Source: an uncultured Methylomirabilota bacterium
GTDB taxonomy: Bacteria; Methylomirabilota; Methylomirabilia; Methylomirabilales; 2-02-FULL-66-22
DNA: 64,000 bases
Direction: 5' to 3'
Assembly (NCBI GenBank): GCA_963705305.1
Contig: OY970067.1
Location: forward strand, 1,344,001 to 1,408,000
Positions within the stretch are counted from its first letter, which is position 1. Each line of letters begins with the position of its first letter. This document shows, one piece after another, positions 32,861-44,321 of this stretch. Made by a program: the position numbers and the translations under genes. The notes under the pieces are model-generated. The model did not search any database. It was not told the DNA's origin and was given only the letters and a program-made list of their open reading frames with translations.

Positions 32861-33298
32861 GTGCTGAAACGCGAAAAGGAGCGGGTCGGACCGGACTTTG
32901 GCGAAATCCGCGCCTTTCTCGGCGAGGGAACGCAGTTCAAGGGGGTCTTGAGCTTTGCCGGCGCGGTGCGGGTTGACGGCCAGCTGGAGGGAGAGATCGT
33001 CGGCGACGAGGTGCTCATCATCGGCGAGCCCGGCCAGGTCAAAGCGGATGTCGAGGTGGGAACCCTCGTGGTCAGCGGCCGGCTTCATGGTTCCGTGGTG
33101 GCGCGCCAGCGCGTCGAGCTCTTGCGGCCGAGCCGGGTGACCGGCACGATCCGGACTCCGTGTTTGGTGGTGGCCGAGGGGGCGGTGTTCAACGGGAATT
33201 GCGAGATGCCCGGCTCGGACACGGAGACGGCTCCATCCCCCCAGCCGCCGGAAGGGGCACCCCAGGGGACCCCGGACAGCCCGGGCCCGGGAGCCTGA
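32861..33298 (+). CDS. Bactofilin
   Basis: AFLGEGT.F.G.L.F.G.VRVDG...GAVFNGNCEM. Confidence 0.9.
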   Translation: MLKREKERVGPDFGEIRAFLGEGTQFKGVLSFAGAVRVDGQLEGEIVGDEVLIIGEPGQVKADVEVGTLVVSGRLHGSVVARQRVELLRPSRVTGTIRTPCLVVAEGAVFNGNCEMPGSDTETAPSPQPPEGAPQGTPDSPGPGA

Positions 33299-33487
33299 TC
33301 GTCCAGGCGCCGGGGCGCCCGGGCGCTCCGGGATATGCATATCAGCACCCTTCCTGTTCTTCCGGCACCTGTCGCCTGCGTTCTTCCCCCCTCCCGGCCG
33401 AGTCGTTCCAGCCAATCGCCCCGACGTGTGCTGCGACTTCGGACCGAATGCCTCGCGGGAGGCCATGAACCCGAACAGGACAGACCA

Positions 33488-33633
33488 ACCGCAAAGCAGC
33501 CACGGGCCGCACCGGGACCCCTGCCGTGCGACGAGCGGAGGCCGGCAATCCTGGAGCATGATCGGAGCCTTCCGTTTCGACGGTTCCTCCGGCCGGATGG
33601 GGCGCGGCGACCCCTTGGCGCCCTTGGCGGTGA
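33488..33633. repeat. MITE-like element with degenerate AACCGC(C/A)AAG..GCCAAG inverted ends
   Basis: AACCGCAAAGCAGCCACGG ... CTTGGCGCCCTTGGCGGTGA. Confidence 0.45.
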
Positions 33634-33643
33634 AGATTCCGAG

Positions 33644-34816
33644 ATGAACGTCTATCTGGACCACAACGCCACCACGCCGCTGCACCCGGAGGTGCTGGCC
33701 GACATGCTCCCCTACCTGCGGGAGCGGTTCGGCAACGCCAGCTCCGTGCACGCCTGGGGCCGCGAAGCGCGGCATGCGCTGGAGGCGGCGCGGGCGGGCC
33801 TTGCGCGCGCCCTGGGGGCGGCCGACAAGGACACGGTTCTGTTCACGGCGGGCGGAACCGAAGCCGACAATCTGGCCCTTCAGGGCGTGGCCGCAGCCAC
33901 TGGGGAGCGCGGCGGACACCTGATCATCTCGGCGGTCGAGCATCACGCGGTCCTGAACACCGCTGACCATCTGGCGCGGCGCGGCTTTGAGATCACCACG
34001 CTTCCCGTGGACCAGGACGGCCGGCTCGACCCCGACGATCTCCGGCGAGCCATCCGGGCCAATACCATCCTGGTGAGCCTGATGCACGCCAACAACGAGA
34101 CCGGCGTCCTCTTCCCCCTGGCGGAGCTGAGCCGAATCTGCCGGGAGCGGGGTGTTCCATTCCACACCGACGCCGTGCAGAGCTTCGGCAAGGTCCCGCT
34201 GGATGTGGAGGTGCTGGGGGTCGACCTGCTCTCGCTTTCGGGCCACAAGATTCACGGACCCAAGGGGGTGGGCGCGCTGTTCGTCCGCCGCGGCACCCGC
34301 ATGCAGGCGCTCTTCCACGGCGGGACGCAAGAGCGGTCGCGACGCGCCGGGACGGAAGACGTGGCGGGCGCCGTCGGGTTGGCGCGGGCGGCATGTCTCA
34401 TGCTGGAAGCGCTGGCGGCGGATTGCACCGGCGCCCTCCGCGACCACTTGGAGGCGAGCCTCATGGCGGCCCTGCCCGGCGTGTGTCGCAACGGGGCGGC
34501 GGGCGGGCGCCTGCCCAACACCAGCAGCCTCGCCTTCGACGGGATCGAGGCGGAGTCCCTCGTCCTGGCGCTGGATCTCCAAGGGATTGCCGTGTCGTCT
34601 GGCGCGGCCTGCAGCTCTGGCTCGGTGGAGCCCTCCCATGTCCTGACGGCCATGGGGCTTCCGCGGGATCGCGTGGCGGCGTCGGTTCGCTTCTCGCTGG
34701 GGCGGGAGACCACACGCCAGGAGATAGATCGCGTGCTGGAGATCCTGCCCCCGATCGTGAGGCGGATGCGCCGGGTCGGCACGGAGCACAGCCAGCCGGC
34801 GGGGGCGCGGGCATGA
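33644..34816 (+). CDS. iscS: Cysteine desulfurase (IscS/NifS)
   Basis: YLDHNATT, SGHKIHGPKG, SSGAACSS. Confidence 0.93.
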   Translation: MNVYLDHNATTPLHPEVLADMLPYLRERFGNASSVHAWGREARHALEAARAGLARALGAADKDTVLFTAGGTEADNLALQGVAAATGERGGHLIISAVEHHAVLNTADHLARRGFEITTLPVDQDGRLDPDDLRRAIRANTILVSLMHANNETGVLFPLAELSRICRERGVPFHTDAVQSFGKVPLDVEVLGVDLLSLSGHKIHGPKGVGALFVRRGTRMQALFHGGTQERSRRAGTEDVAGAVGLARAACLMLEALAADCTGALRDHLEASLMAALPGVCRNGAAGGRLPNTSSLAFDGIEAESLVLALDLQGIAVSSGAACSSGSVEPSHVLTAMGLPRDRVAASVRFSLGRETTRQEIDRVLEILPPIVRRMRRVGTEHSQPAGARA

Positions 34817-35955
34817 GCATGCCGGTCCCGACAGACCAGCCGGTGGTCGTGGCGATGAGCGGCGGCGTTGACTCGGCCGTGGCGGCGGCGCTCCTCGTGC
34901 GGCAGGGCTGCAAGGTGGTGGGCATCACGCTGCGCATCTGGCCCGGCCTTCGCCCCGACGAGGCGGAGCGGCGGTTCGACAGCTGCTGCTCCCCCCAGGC
35001 GGTGGAGGATGCGCGCCAGGTGGCCCAGCAGCTGGGCATTCCGCACTATGTTCTGAACTACGAGGACGAGTTCGATCGCGAGGTGATCCGCTACTTCACC
35101 GACGCCTACCTGCACGGGGAAACCCCCAACCCCTGCGTGCCCTGCAATGCCCGCCTCAAGTTTGGGTCGCTCCTGACTCGCGCCAGGGGCTGGGGGGCCG
35201 ACCGGGTGGCCACCGGGCACTATGCCCGCGTGGTCTTCGAGCCGGCCTCCGGGCGGTACTGCCTGCTCCGCGGGCTGGACCCGCGCAAGGATCAGAGCTA
35301 CTTCCTCGCCACTCTCACCCAGGACCAGCTGGCAGCCTCGCTGTTTCCCCTGGGCGGACTGCGAAAAGAGGAGACCCGGCGCATCGCGGCTGAGATGAAC
35401 CTGCCGGTAGCCGGCAAGCCGGAGAGCCAGGAAATCTGCTTCGTCTCCCGTGACTACCGGGACTATCTCCGCGCCCGTGTGGGGGAGGCCATCCGGCCCG
35501 GCACGATCCGCGACACCGCCGGAGCCGTGTGCGGGCGACATCAGGGGGTGCCGTTCTATACGGTCGGCCAGCGGCGGGGCCTGGGGCTCGGAAACCCGGA
35601 GCCCCTCTACGTGATCGGGCTGGATCCGGCCCGGAACGAGGTCATTGTCGGTCGAGAGCGGGACCTGCTCGTCCCCGCGGTGGACGTCGAGCCGGTCAAT
35701 TTCATCGCCGTCGAGCGGCTCGATGCCCCCCGGCGCGTGCTGGCGAAGGTCCGCTACGCCCAGCCGGCGGCGCCGGCGACACTCGCCCCTGTCGACCTGC
35801 ATCGCGTCCGGCTCTGCTTCGACGAGCCCCAGCGGGCGGTGGCGCCGGGACAGATCGCCGTCTTCTATGATGGGACGGTTCCGGATGTGGTCGTGGGAGG
35901 GGGGACGATCTGCCGGCCCGGCTCCCAGGGCAACGGGGACGTTGAACCGCCATGA
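34813..35955 (+). CDS. mnmA: tRNA 2-thiouridylase
   Basis: AMSGGVDS, TPNPCV.CN, ATGHY, KDQSYFL, ESQEICF. Confidence 0.97.
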   Translation: MSMPVPTDQPVVVAMSGGVDSAVAAALLVRQGCKVVGITLRIWPGLRPDEAERRFDSCCSPQAVEDARQVAQQLGIPHYVLNYEDEFDREVIRYFTDAYLHGETPNPCVPCNARLKFGSLLTRARGWGADRVATGHYARVVFEPASGRYCLLRGLDPRKDQSYFLATLTQDQLAASLFPLGGLRKEETRRIAAEMNLPVAGKPESQEICFVSRDYRDYLRARVGEAIRPGTIRDTAGAVCGRHQGVPFYTVGQRRGLGLGNPEPLYVIGLDPARNEVIVGRERDLLVPAVDVEPVNFIAVERLDAPRRVLAKVRYAQPAAPATLAPVDLHRVRLCFDEPQRAVAPGQIAVFYDGTVPDVVVGGGTICRPGSQGNGDVEPP

Positions 35956-36113
35956 CGCCAAGGCCCTACAGTTCAGGGTTCCCCGCGGCTGTGATTCGAG
36001 ACATGGGAACGCCCCACCAGGGGATGCGACACGAGTCCAGTCCTTTCGCATTTTGCCCATTCCAGCCGTGCAATCCCGGGTACCCAACGCGAGCGTTGGG
36101 TGTCCTTGGCGGT
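35945..36113. repeat. Second MITE-like element of the same type
   Basis: AACCGCCATGACGCCAAG ... TTGGGTGTCCTTGGCGGT; left end overlaps the mnmA stop. Confidence 0.5.
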
Positions 36114-36464
36114 GAGATATCTTCGGATTGGGGTTAATCCTGTCCTGACAGGGCGAGGCGGAGGGGACGGATGCGGACCGGATCCCGGAGGATCCGCCGG
36201 CGCGGGTCCCGGGGCATCCGGCCTCGCCGGCCCTGCTCCAGGAGGGGATGTCGCGGGTCGGCGAGCGGGCATTGGCGGCCCGCACGGGGAGCCGCGGGGG
36301 CCCTTCGGGGGCCCCGAAACCCCTTGACATCATTCTGAATCGCGTGGTACCTATAACCGGTTTTCAAATACACGGACGGATGATCGCGAGGGTCCTTCTC
36401 GTCCGCCGGCTGGGCGGACGGCGGACCGGGGCGGGCATCGCACCCTCACCCCTCACTCCTGACC

Positions 36465-36839
36465 TTGGACGAGCGAGAAGCGTTTGTACGCGGAACCCTT
36501 GTCGGGGCATCGATCGTGGCCGCGGCAGGGGTAGCCGTGCTTTTGCTATTGGGGCGGGGGGCGTGGGCGGTCGGTTTCGGCGTCGGTGCGGCTGTTAGCC
36601 TGGGGAGCTTTCAGCTGATCGCCCGCGCCGTGGGACGATTGACCGAGCCGGGCGTGACCCGGCAGGCCGGTCTCCTCTGGAAAGGCGCCCTCATCCGGTT
36701 TGCCATCGTCGGGGCCGTGCTGTTCCTGGCGCTGATCGTACTCCGCGTGGCTCTCCTGGCCCTCCTGGCCGGACTGCTCCTCACGCATGCCACCATGATC
36801 GGCCACTGGCTCGTGTACTCCCTGCGGGCCAAGACGTGA
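36465..36839 (+). CDS. atpI: ATP synthase protein I
   Basis: Small 4-TM protein heading the atp operon. Confidence 0.7.
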   Translation: MDEREAFVRGTLVGASIVAAAGVAVLLLLGRGAWAVGFGVGAAVSLGSFQLIARAVGRLTEPGVTRQAGLLWKGALIRFAIVGAVLFLALIVLRVALLALLAGLLLTHATMIGHWLVYSLRAKT

Positions 36840-36930
36840 GCCCGAGGCTGGCGACCAGCCTTTCCGGTGCGACATCCGGATGGGGGCGGAAATCCGAAGG
36901 CGTGGACCCCGCGTACCACCAGGAGGCTGC

Positions 36931-37536
36931 ATGAGAGGCCTGGCAACGTTCACGCGCCGCGTCGTGTCCGTCTGGCTCCTGTGGCTTGCCGCCCTGGCGC
37001 CCGGGGCGGCCCTGGCCGCCGAGGGGGCCGTCGCGCACGAGCAGCCCGGCATCATCAACCTGAATGTCACCGTCCTCATCCAGGCGGTGAACTTCCTCAT
37101 CCTCATCGCCCTCCTGTCGAAGTTCCTGTTCAAGCCGCTGACGCGCTTCCTGAAAGAGCGGGCCGACGGGATCGAGCGCTCTCTCACGGAGGCGCGGGCC
37201 GCCCGCGAGGCGGCGGCCAGGGCGCAGGAGGAGTATCGGACCCAGATCCAGTCCGCCCAACGCGAGGTCGCTGCCATTCGCGAGCAGGCCCAGCGGGACG
37301 TGGAGGCCGAGCGGCAGCGTCTGCTGCAGGCCGCCCGGGAGGAGACGGAGCGCCTGCTGGCCGGGGCGCGGGCCGAGATCGAGGCGGAGACGCGCCAGGC
37401 CCGCGCCCGGCTGCGAGAGGAGGCCGCCGATCTGTCGGTGGCCGCCGCGGAGCGCCTGCTGGGCCGCGCCCTCACCGGGGACGATCAGCGGCGACTGGTC
37501 GAGCAGTACGTCCGGGAGCTGGAGGGCAAAAATTGA
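36931..37536 (+). CDS. atpF: ATP synthase F0 subunit b
   Basis: NFLILI.LL.KFLFKPL..FL.ER followed by coiled coil; signal-peptide-like N-terminal extension. Confidence 0.9.
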   Translation: MRGLATFTRRVVSVWLLWLAALAPGAALAAEGAVAHEQPGIINLNVTVLIQAVNFLILIALLSKFLFKPLTRFLKERADGIERSLTEARAAREAAARAQEEYRTQIQSAQREVAAIREQAQRDVEAERQRLLQAAREETERLLAGARAEIEAETRQARARLREEAADLSVAAAERLLGRALTGDDQRRLVEQYVRELEGKN

Positions 37537-38081
37537 TCGCCGGGTCGCTGGCCAAGCGCTATGCGGGGGCCCTGGTCGAGGTGGCCTCCGCCGCCGGCGA
37601 GCAGGAGCTGGAGGCCGTCCGCGAGGACCTCGCTCTGTTCGCCGACGTCCTGCGCGAGCATCGGGACCTGTGGCGGTATCTGCGAGATCCGGCGGCGCAG
37701 CGTCCGGACAAGCTGCGGACCGTCGGCGAGTTGGCGGCGACCCTGGGCCTGCGGCAGCTGGCGGCGACCTTCCTGCGCATGCTCCAGGAGCACGACCGGC
37801 TGACGGCGCTGGATCAGATCCGGCGCGCCTACGAGGCGCTGATGGACGAGCGGCTGGGTCGCACCAAGGCGGTCGTCACCGCGGCGGCGCCGCTGGACGC
37901 CGAGCAGGAGGCGCGACTGCGGGCAGAGCTGGGGCGCGTCACCGGGAAGCAGGTCTACCTGGAGGTCCGCCAGGACCCCGGCCTGCTGGGTGGCCTGATC
38001 GCCCAGATCGGCAGCCGGGTGTACGACGGGAGCCTGCGAACGCAGCTGCGACGGCTGCGGGAGCGGCTCGCCGGCGGATAG
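37533..38081 (+). CDS. atpH: ATP synthase F1 delta
   Basis: AKRYA.AL...DPGLLGG...GSRVYDGSL; TTG start overlaps the atpF stop. Confidence 0.92.
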   Translation: MIAGSLAKRYAGALVEVASAAGEQELEAVREDLALFADVLREHRDLWRYLRDPAAQRPDKLRTVGELAATLGLRQLAATFLRMLQEHDRLTALDQIRRAYEALMDERLGRTKAVVTAAAPLDAEQEARLRAELGRVTGKQVYLEVRQDPGLLGGLIAQIGSRVYDGSLRTQLRRLRERLAGG

Positions 38082-38139
38082 GATGCGGCCGCGGATCGCC
38101 CGGGTCGCCGGCGCGGGAGTCCGACGGCAGAGGTGAGGC

Positions 38140-39666
38140 ATGGCACAGATCAAGGCAGAGGAGATCAGTCAGGTCATCCGGCAGCAACTGGCCTCGTACG
38201 AGGCGGCCATCGACCTGGCCGAGGTCGGCACCGTCCTCGAGGTCGGTGACGGCATCGCCCGCATCTACGGCCTCGAAAATGCCATGGCCATGGAGATGCT
38301 GGAGTTTCCCGATGGCATCTTCGGCATGGTCCTGAACCTGGAAGAGGATAACGTCGGCGCGGTGCTCCTGGGCGACGACACCTCCATCAAGGAGGGGGAC
38401 CAGGTCAAGCGGACCGGGCGGGTCGCCTCGGTGCCGGTGGGCGAGGCGGTGGTCGGCCGCGTGGTGAACGCCCTGGGGCAGCCGCTGGACGGCAAGGGCC
38501 CCATCGAGGCCGCGGAGCTCCGCCCCATCGAGCGGCTGGCGCCCGGCGTGGTGGACCGGAGGCCGGTGAAGGAGCCGCTGCAGACGGGCATCAAGGCGAT
38601 CGACGCCATGATCCCCATCGGGCGCGGACAGCGCGAGCTGATCATCGGGGACCGCCAGACGGGAAAGACCGCCATCGCGGTGGATACCATCATCAACCAG
38701 AAGGGGAAGGGGGTCTACTGCTTCTACGTGGCGACGGGACAGAAGCGGTCCACCGTGGCCCAGGTGGTAAAGGTGCTGGAAGACGCCGGGGCCATGGAGT
38801 ACACCACAGTGGTAGTGGCCTCGGCTTCCGAGCCGGCCCCCCTGCTGTACATCTCCCCCTACGCCGGCTGCACGATGGGCGAGTACTTCCGCGACACCAA
38901 ACGTCACGCCCTGTGCATCTACGACGACCTGACCAAGCACGCTGCCGCCTACCGCCAGCTCTCGCTCCTGCTGCGACGCCCCCCGGGCCGCGAGGCCTAT
39001 CCCGGCGACGTGTTCTACCTCCATTCCCGGCTGCTGGAGCGGGCGGCGAAGCTGAACGACGAGCTGGGGGGCGGCTCCCTGACGGCGCTGCCCATCATCG
39101 AGACGCAGCTGGGGGACGTCTCCGCCTACATCCCAACCAACGTCATCTCCATCACGGACGGCCAGATCTACCTGGAGACGGACCTGTTCTTCGCGGGCGT
39201 GCGGCCGGCGGTGAACGTCGGCCTGTCCGTCTCGCGCGTCGGCGGCAGTGCCCAGATCAAGGCCATGAAGCAGGTGGCGGGAAAGCTCAGGCTGGACCTG
39301 GCCCAGTACCGGGACATGGCTGCCTTCGCCCAGTTCGGGTCGGAGCTGGACAAGGCCACCCAGGCCCAGCTCAACCGGGGCCAGCGGATGGTGGAGATCC
39401 TGAAACAGAAGCAGTACACGCCGCTGCCGATCGAGAGGCAGGTCCTCCTCATTCATGCGGGCAGCGCCGGACACCTCGACGATCTGCCGGTCGAGCGCAT
39501 CACGGCGTTCGAGGAGGCGCTGTTCAAGTTCGCCGAGCTCCGCAATCCCGAGATCATCCGGGAGCTGGCGGAGAAGAAAGAGATCACCGACGCCCTGCGC
39601 GGCCGCATGGATGAGTGCATCCGCGGGTGCAGGGCGGAGTTCCTGGCGACCGCCAGGACGGCCTGA
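38140..39666 (+). CDS. atpA: ATP synthase F1 alpha
   Basis: [29 protein letters not shown]. Confidence 0.98.
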   Translation: MAQIKAEEISQVIRQQLASYEAAIDLAEVGTVLEVGDGIARIYGLENAMAMEMLEFPDGIFGMVLNLEEDNVGAVLLGDDTSIKEGDQVKRTGRVASVPVGEAVVGRVVNALGQPLDGKGPIEAAELRPIERLAPGVVDRRPVKEPLQTGIKAIDAMIPIGRGQRELIIGDRQTGKTAIAVDTIINQKGKGVYCFYVATGQKRSTVAQVVKVLEDAGAMEYTTVVVASASEPAPLLYISPYAGCTMGEYFRDTKRHALCIYDDLTKHAAAYRQLSLLLRRPPGREAYPGDVFYLHSRLLERAAKLNDELGGGSLTALPIIETQLGDVSAYIPTNVISITDGQIYLETDLFFAGVRPAVNVGLSVSRVGGSAQIKAMKQVAGKLRLDLAQYRDMAAFAQFGSELDKATQAQLNRGQRMVEILKQKQYTPLPIERQVLLIHAGSAGHLDDLPVERITAFEEALFKFAELRNPEIIRELAEKKEITDALRGRMDECIRGCRAEFLATARTA

Positions 39667-39683
39667 GCAGGTCGGCGGCATCC

Positions 39684-40565
39684 ATGGCGACCCTCCGCGA
39701 TATCCGGCGGCGCATCAACAGCGTCAAGAGCACCCAGCAGATCACGCGCGCCATGAAGCTGGTGGCGGCGGCCAAGCTGCGGCGCGCCCAGGAGCGGATC
39801 CAGGAGGCCCGGCCTTACGCCTCCAGCATGGGCGAGGTCGTCGCGAGCCTGGCCCTGCGGTCGCCGCGCACGCTGCACCCCCTTTTGCAGGAGCGGCCGG
39901 CCCGCCGGAAGCTGCTGCTGGTCGTCAGCGGGGACCGGGGGCTCTGCGGGGCCTTCAACAGCAACATCATCCGCCGCTCCCTGGAGGTGATGCGCTCCGG
40001 GGGGCAGGATCCGGACGTGAGCCTGACCCTCATCGTGGTCGGCCGGAAGATCCGGGATTTTTACCGCCGGCGCGGGCAGGTGACGGTGCGGGCCGAGTAC
40101 GCCAACTTCTTCGAGCGGCTGGCGTACGGCCACGCGGCCGAGATCGGGCAGGGGGTGGTGGCCGCCTACGCGGAGGACGAGGTCGACGAGGTGCAGCTCG
40201 TCTACAATGAGTTCAAGTCCGTGGCGGCGCAGCGGGTGGTGGCCCAGCAGCTCCTCCCCATCCAGCCCCTCCGCACGCCCGGGGAAACCCCCGTGGCCGA
40301 CTTCGTGTTCGAGCCGTCGCCGACGGCCGTCCTGGAGCGCCTGCTGCCCAAGCACGTGGAGGTGCAAATCTACCGCGCGCTCATGGAGTCGCTGGCGGCG
40401 GAGTACGCCGCCCGCATGACCGCCATGGATAACGCCACCAGGAACGCCTCCGAGATGATCGACCTGCTGACCCTCCAGTTCAACAAGGCGCGGCAGGAGC
40501 GCATCACCAAAGAGCTGCTGGAGATCGTCGGGGGCGCGGAAGCCCTCCGGCAGGCGCGGGGCTGA
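39684..40565 (+). CDS. atpG: ATP synthase F1 gamma
   Basis: ITRAMKLVAAAK, DRGLCG, RQERITKEL. Confidence 0.97.
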   Translation: MATLRDIRRRINSVKSTQQITRAMKLVAAAKLRRAQERIQEARPYASSMGEVVASLALRSPRTLHPLLQERPARRKLLLVVSGDRGLCGAFNSNIIRRSLEVMRSGGQDPDVSLTLIVVGRKIRDFYRRRGQVTVRAEYANFFERLAYGHAAEIGQGVVAAYAEDEVDEVQLVYNEFKSVAAQRVVAQQLLPIQPLRTPGETPVADFVFEPSPTAVLERLLPKHVEVQIYRALMESLAAEYAARMTAMDNATRNASEMIDLLTLQFNKARQERITKELLEIVGGAEALRQARG

Positions 40566-40649
40566 GCCGTGCCCGAGCGACGGACGGCTCGGAGACGACT
40601 CGGCGCGGGAAGACGCATTGCCCCTTGTGCGGTCGAACACGGCCGGTGA

Positions 40650-42104
<1,455 letters not shown>

Positions 42105-42140
42105 CCTTCCGGCATCTTCCGGACAGGAGCCGCAGGACCC

Positions 42141-42569
42141 ATGGCAGAGGCGATACGGACCACCTTTGAGCTGGAGATCGTGACCCCGGACCGTCTGCTG
42201 GTGCGGGACGAGGTAAGCGAGCTGGTGGCCCCGGGGGCCGAGGGATACTTCGGTGTGCTCCCGGACCACATGCCGTTCATCACCACGCTGAAGATCGGCG
42301 TCCTCAGCTACTGGAAGGGCGGCCTGGAGCGCCATCTGGCCGTGGCCTGGGGGTACGTCGAGGTGCGGGGGGACAAGGTCCTGGTCCTGGCAGAGCGCGC
42401 CGAGCGCCCGGAAGAGATCGACGTGGGGCGGGCCGAGCGAGCGCGCGAGCGGGCCGAGCGGTTCCTCCATGAGTACACCGGGGGCAACGAATCCATCGAC
42501 TTCGCCCGGGCACAGGCCGCCCTCCAGCGGGCGCTGACTCGCCTGGAAGCGGCCCGCCTGGGCCGCTGA
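42141..42569 (+). CDS. atpC: ATP synthase F1 epsilon
   Basis: LEIVTPDR, G.FGVLP.H.P, ID..RA..A.ERAE. Confidence 0.96.
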   Translation: MAEAIRTTFELEIVTPDRLLVRDEVSELVAPGAEGYFGVLPDHMPFITTLKIGVLSYWKGGLERHLAVAWGYVEVRGDKVLVLAERAERPEEIDVGRAERARERAERFLHEYTGGNESIDFARAQAALQRALTRLEAARLGR

Positions 42570-42584
42570 GGCTCGCCCGCCAGA

Positions 42585-42956
42585 CTAGAGGTCGTCGCCA
42601 AGATCGTTCCCCGGGCCGCCTCCCGGGGGCGATCCGGCTGCCCCTTCATCCATCGCCTCTTCCATGGCCTGGTCGAAGTCCTCGCCGAGATCCTCCCCCA
42701 GCTCCTTCCCCATTTTTTTGGCCCAGCGGGCCACGCTTTGGGGATCGCTCTCGTCCAGATCCCCGAATTTCCCGGGATCGGCGAGGGCGTCCAGGCGGTC
42801 GTCCTCGGATCGGACGCGCGTGAACCGTGACATGAGGCGTTCGAGGCGGCGGCCCCCGCAACGCGGGCAGGCCGGCGTGCCGGGATTATTGATGCTCCGC
42901 ACCAGGATGCTCACCCGGCGTCGACAATCCTGGCACAGGTACTCGTAGATCGGCAC
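42585..42956 (-). CDS. FmdB-family zinc-ribbon protein
   Basis: MPIYEYLCQDC...CPRCG...RLMS; acidic C-terminal tail. Confidence 0.88.
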   Translation of the reverse strand: MPIYEYLCQDCRRRVSILVRSINNPGTPACPRCGGRRLERLMSRFTRVRSEDDRLDALADPGKFGDLDESDPQSVARWAKKMGKELGEDLGEDFDQAMEEAMDEGAAGSPPGGGPGNDLGDDL

Positions 42957-43015
42957 GGCGACACCACCTCCAAGGCGGCCTCCAGGGCCGCGCGCGACGA
43001 CGCGGACGGCCCGGA

Positions 43016-43990
43016 TCACGCACCCCTCCGTCCCCGCTCGGACGAGTCGGGGGACGGAGGGGCGTGCCGGCCCAGAATGATCCCGGCGATCCGATGCATC
43101 TCCTGGCGCAGGTCGGCCGGCTCGAGAACTTCGACTGCCTCGCCGCAGGCCAGGAGCCAGGGGACCAACTCCTCTGCTCGCATGGCCGCCAGGGTAAAGA
43201 TCACACTGCCCTCGGCCCCCTCTTCCGCCGCCACCATTCCCATGGGTGGGCGCTCGCGAAGCGCCTGGGCCAGCGGCGGCCGGCAGATCAGGCGAACCTG
43301 CTGCGGCCCAACGCGACCGGGCGGAGCCCCGTGCAGGTGGCGCTCGAGCAGGCGGGCGGGCAAGGGCCGGAAGCGCCGCTGCAGGATGCTCACCTCCGCC
43401 AGGCGCGACACGGGAATCCGCACCATGCGCCGCCGGTCGTGGGAATAGGCCAAGAGCTCCAAGCCGCGCAGTGTGCCGAGCAGCCGGTAGGGGTCCGCCC
43501 GATGCCAGCCGGGGTCTTGCCGGGATGGCGGACGGTACGCCAGCTTCACCGGCCGCCGCTCCGCGATGGCCGCGGTGAGGGCCGCGACACACGCCTCGGT
43601 TTGGGGGTCGCGAACCGGCAGTTCCAACGCCAGCTGCCGTTCTGCGGGAGGATCCGGCGGCTTGACCGCCAGCGCCTGCTGCAGTTTTTCTGCGGCCAAC
43701 GTCAGCGTCCGGGCCGTGGCCGGCTCGGCGCGGGCGGCCGCCGTCTGGGCCGCCAGGCGCAGCGCCAGCGCCTCGTCTGCCGCCAGGGTGACCGGCGGCA
43801 GGAGCGTGGGTGCCGCCAGGCGATACCCGTGGTCGAAATAGACCGGAAATCCGGAGGCGCTCAGGGCGTCCAGATCGCGCAGGAGCGTCCGGGGCGAGAT
43901 CCCGCAGGCGCGGGCCAGGACATCCGTCTCGGCCCCCGGTCGGTCCTGCAGCAGCTGCAGCAGCCTGATCAACCGCTTCGAACGGGGCAC
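43016..43990 (-). CDS. HTH-WYL-WCX transcriptional regulator (PafBC/YafY-like)
   Basis: RLIRLLQLL...SPRTLLRDLDAL...GYRL HTH; DPYRL...ELLAY...R WYL-like domain; WLL..G..VEVLEP..LR WCX domain. Confidence 0.88.
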   Translation of the reverse strand: MPRSKRLIRLLQLLQDRPGAETDVLARACGISPRTLLRDLDALSASGFPVYFDHGYRLAAPTLLPPVTLAADEALALRLAAQTAAARAEPATARTLTLAAEKLQQALAVKPPDPPAERQLALELPVRDPQTEACVAALTAAIAERRPVKLAYRPPSRQDPGWHRADPYRLLGTLRGLELLAYSHDRRRMVRIPVSRLAEVSILQRRFRPLPARLLERHLHGAPPGRVGPQQVRLICRPPLAQALRERPPMGMVAAEEGAEGSVIFTLAAMRAEELVPWLLACGEAVEVLEPADLRQEMHRIAGIILGRHAPPSPDSSERGRRGA

Positions 43991-44172
43991 AGCCGCCCTG
44001 CCCGGTCCGCCAACCCGCCGTCGCGGCCGGCATGATTGCGAGATCCGGGCCTCCTTCTGCAAGGGCAAATAGCAGATTGCTTCGGCCGTGTCAAGCCGTT
44101 GCGAGGCGCAGGCGAAGGGGCGGGCGGGCGCGGGACGCGTGGCGGAAGGGCAGGCAAACGGGCCAATTCCCC

Positions 44173-44201
44173 TTGACACCACCCCCCAATTTCAGTACCG
44201 T
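44173..44201 (+). promoter_or_regulatory. Sigma70 promoter of tRNA-Phe
   Basis: TTGACA-17 bp-TACCGT. Confidence 0.6.
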
Positions 44202-44245
44202 ACCGCTCGTTTCCGCATGTGGCGTCCCACCAGAATTCTCCGGAT

Positions 44246-44321
44246 GGGCAGGTAGCTCAGTTGGTAGAGCACGGGACTGAAAATCCCGGTGTCGGCAGTT
44301 CAATTCTGCCCCTGCCCACCA
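44246..44321 (+). tRNA. tRNA-Phe (GAA)
   Basis: 76-nt cloverleaf, anticodon loop CTGAAAA, CCA end. Confidence 0.97.
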
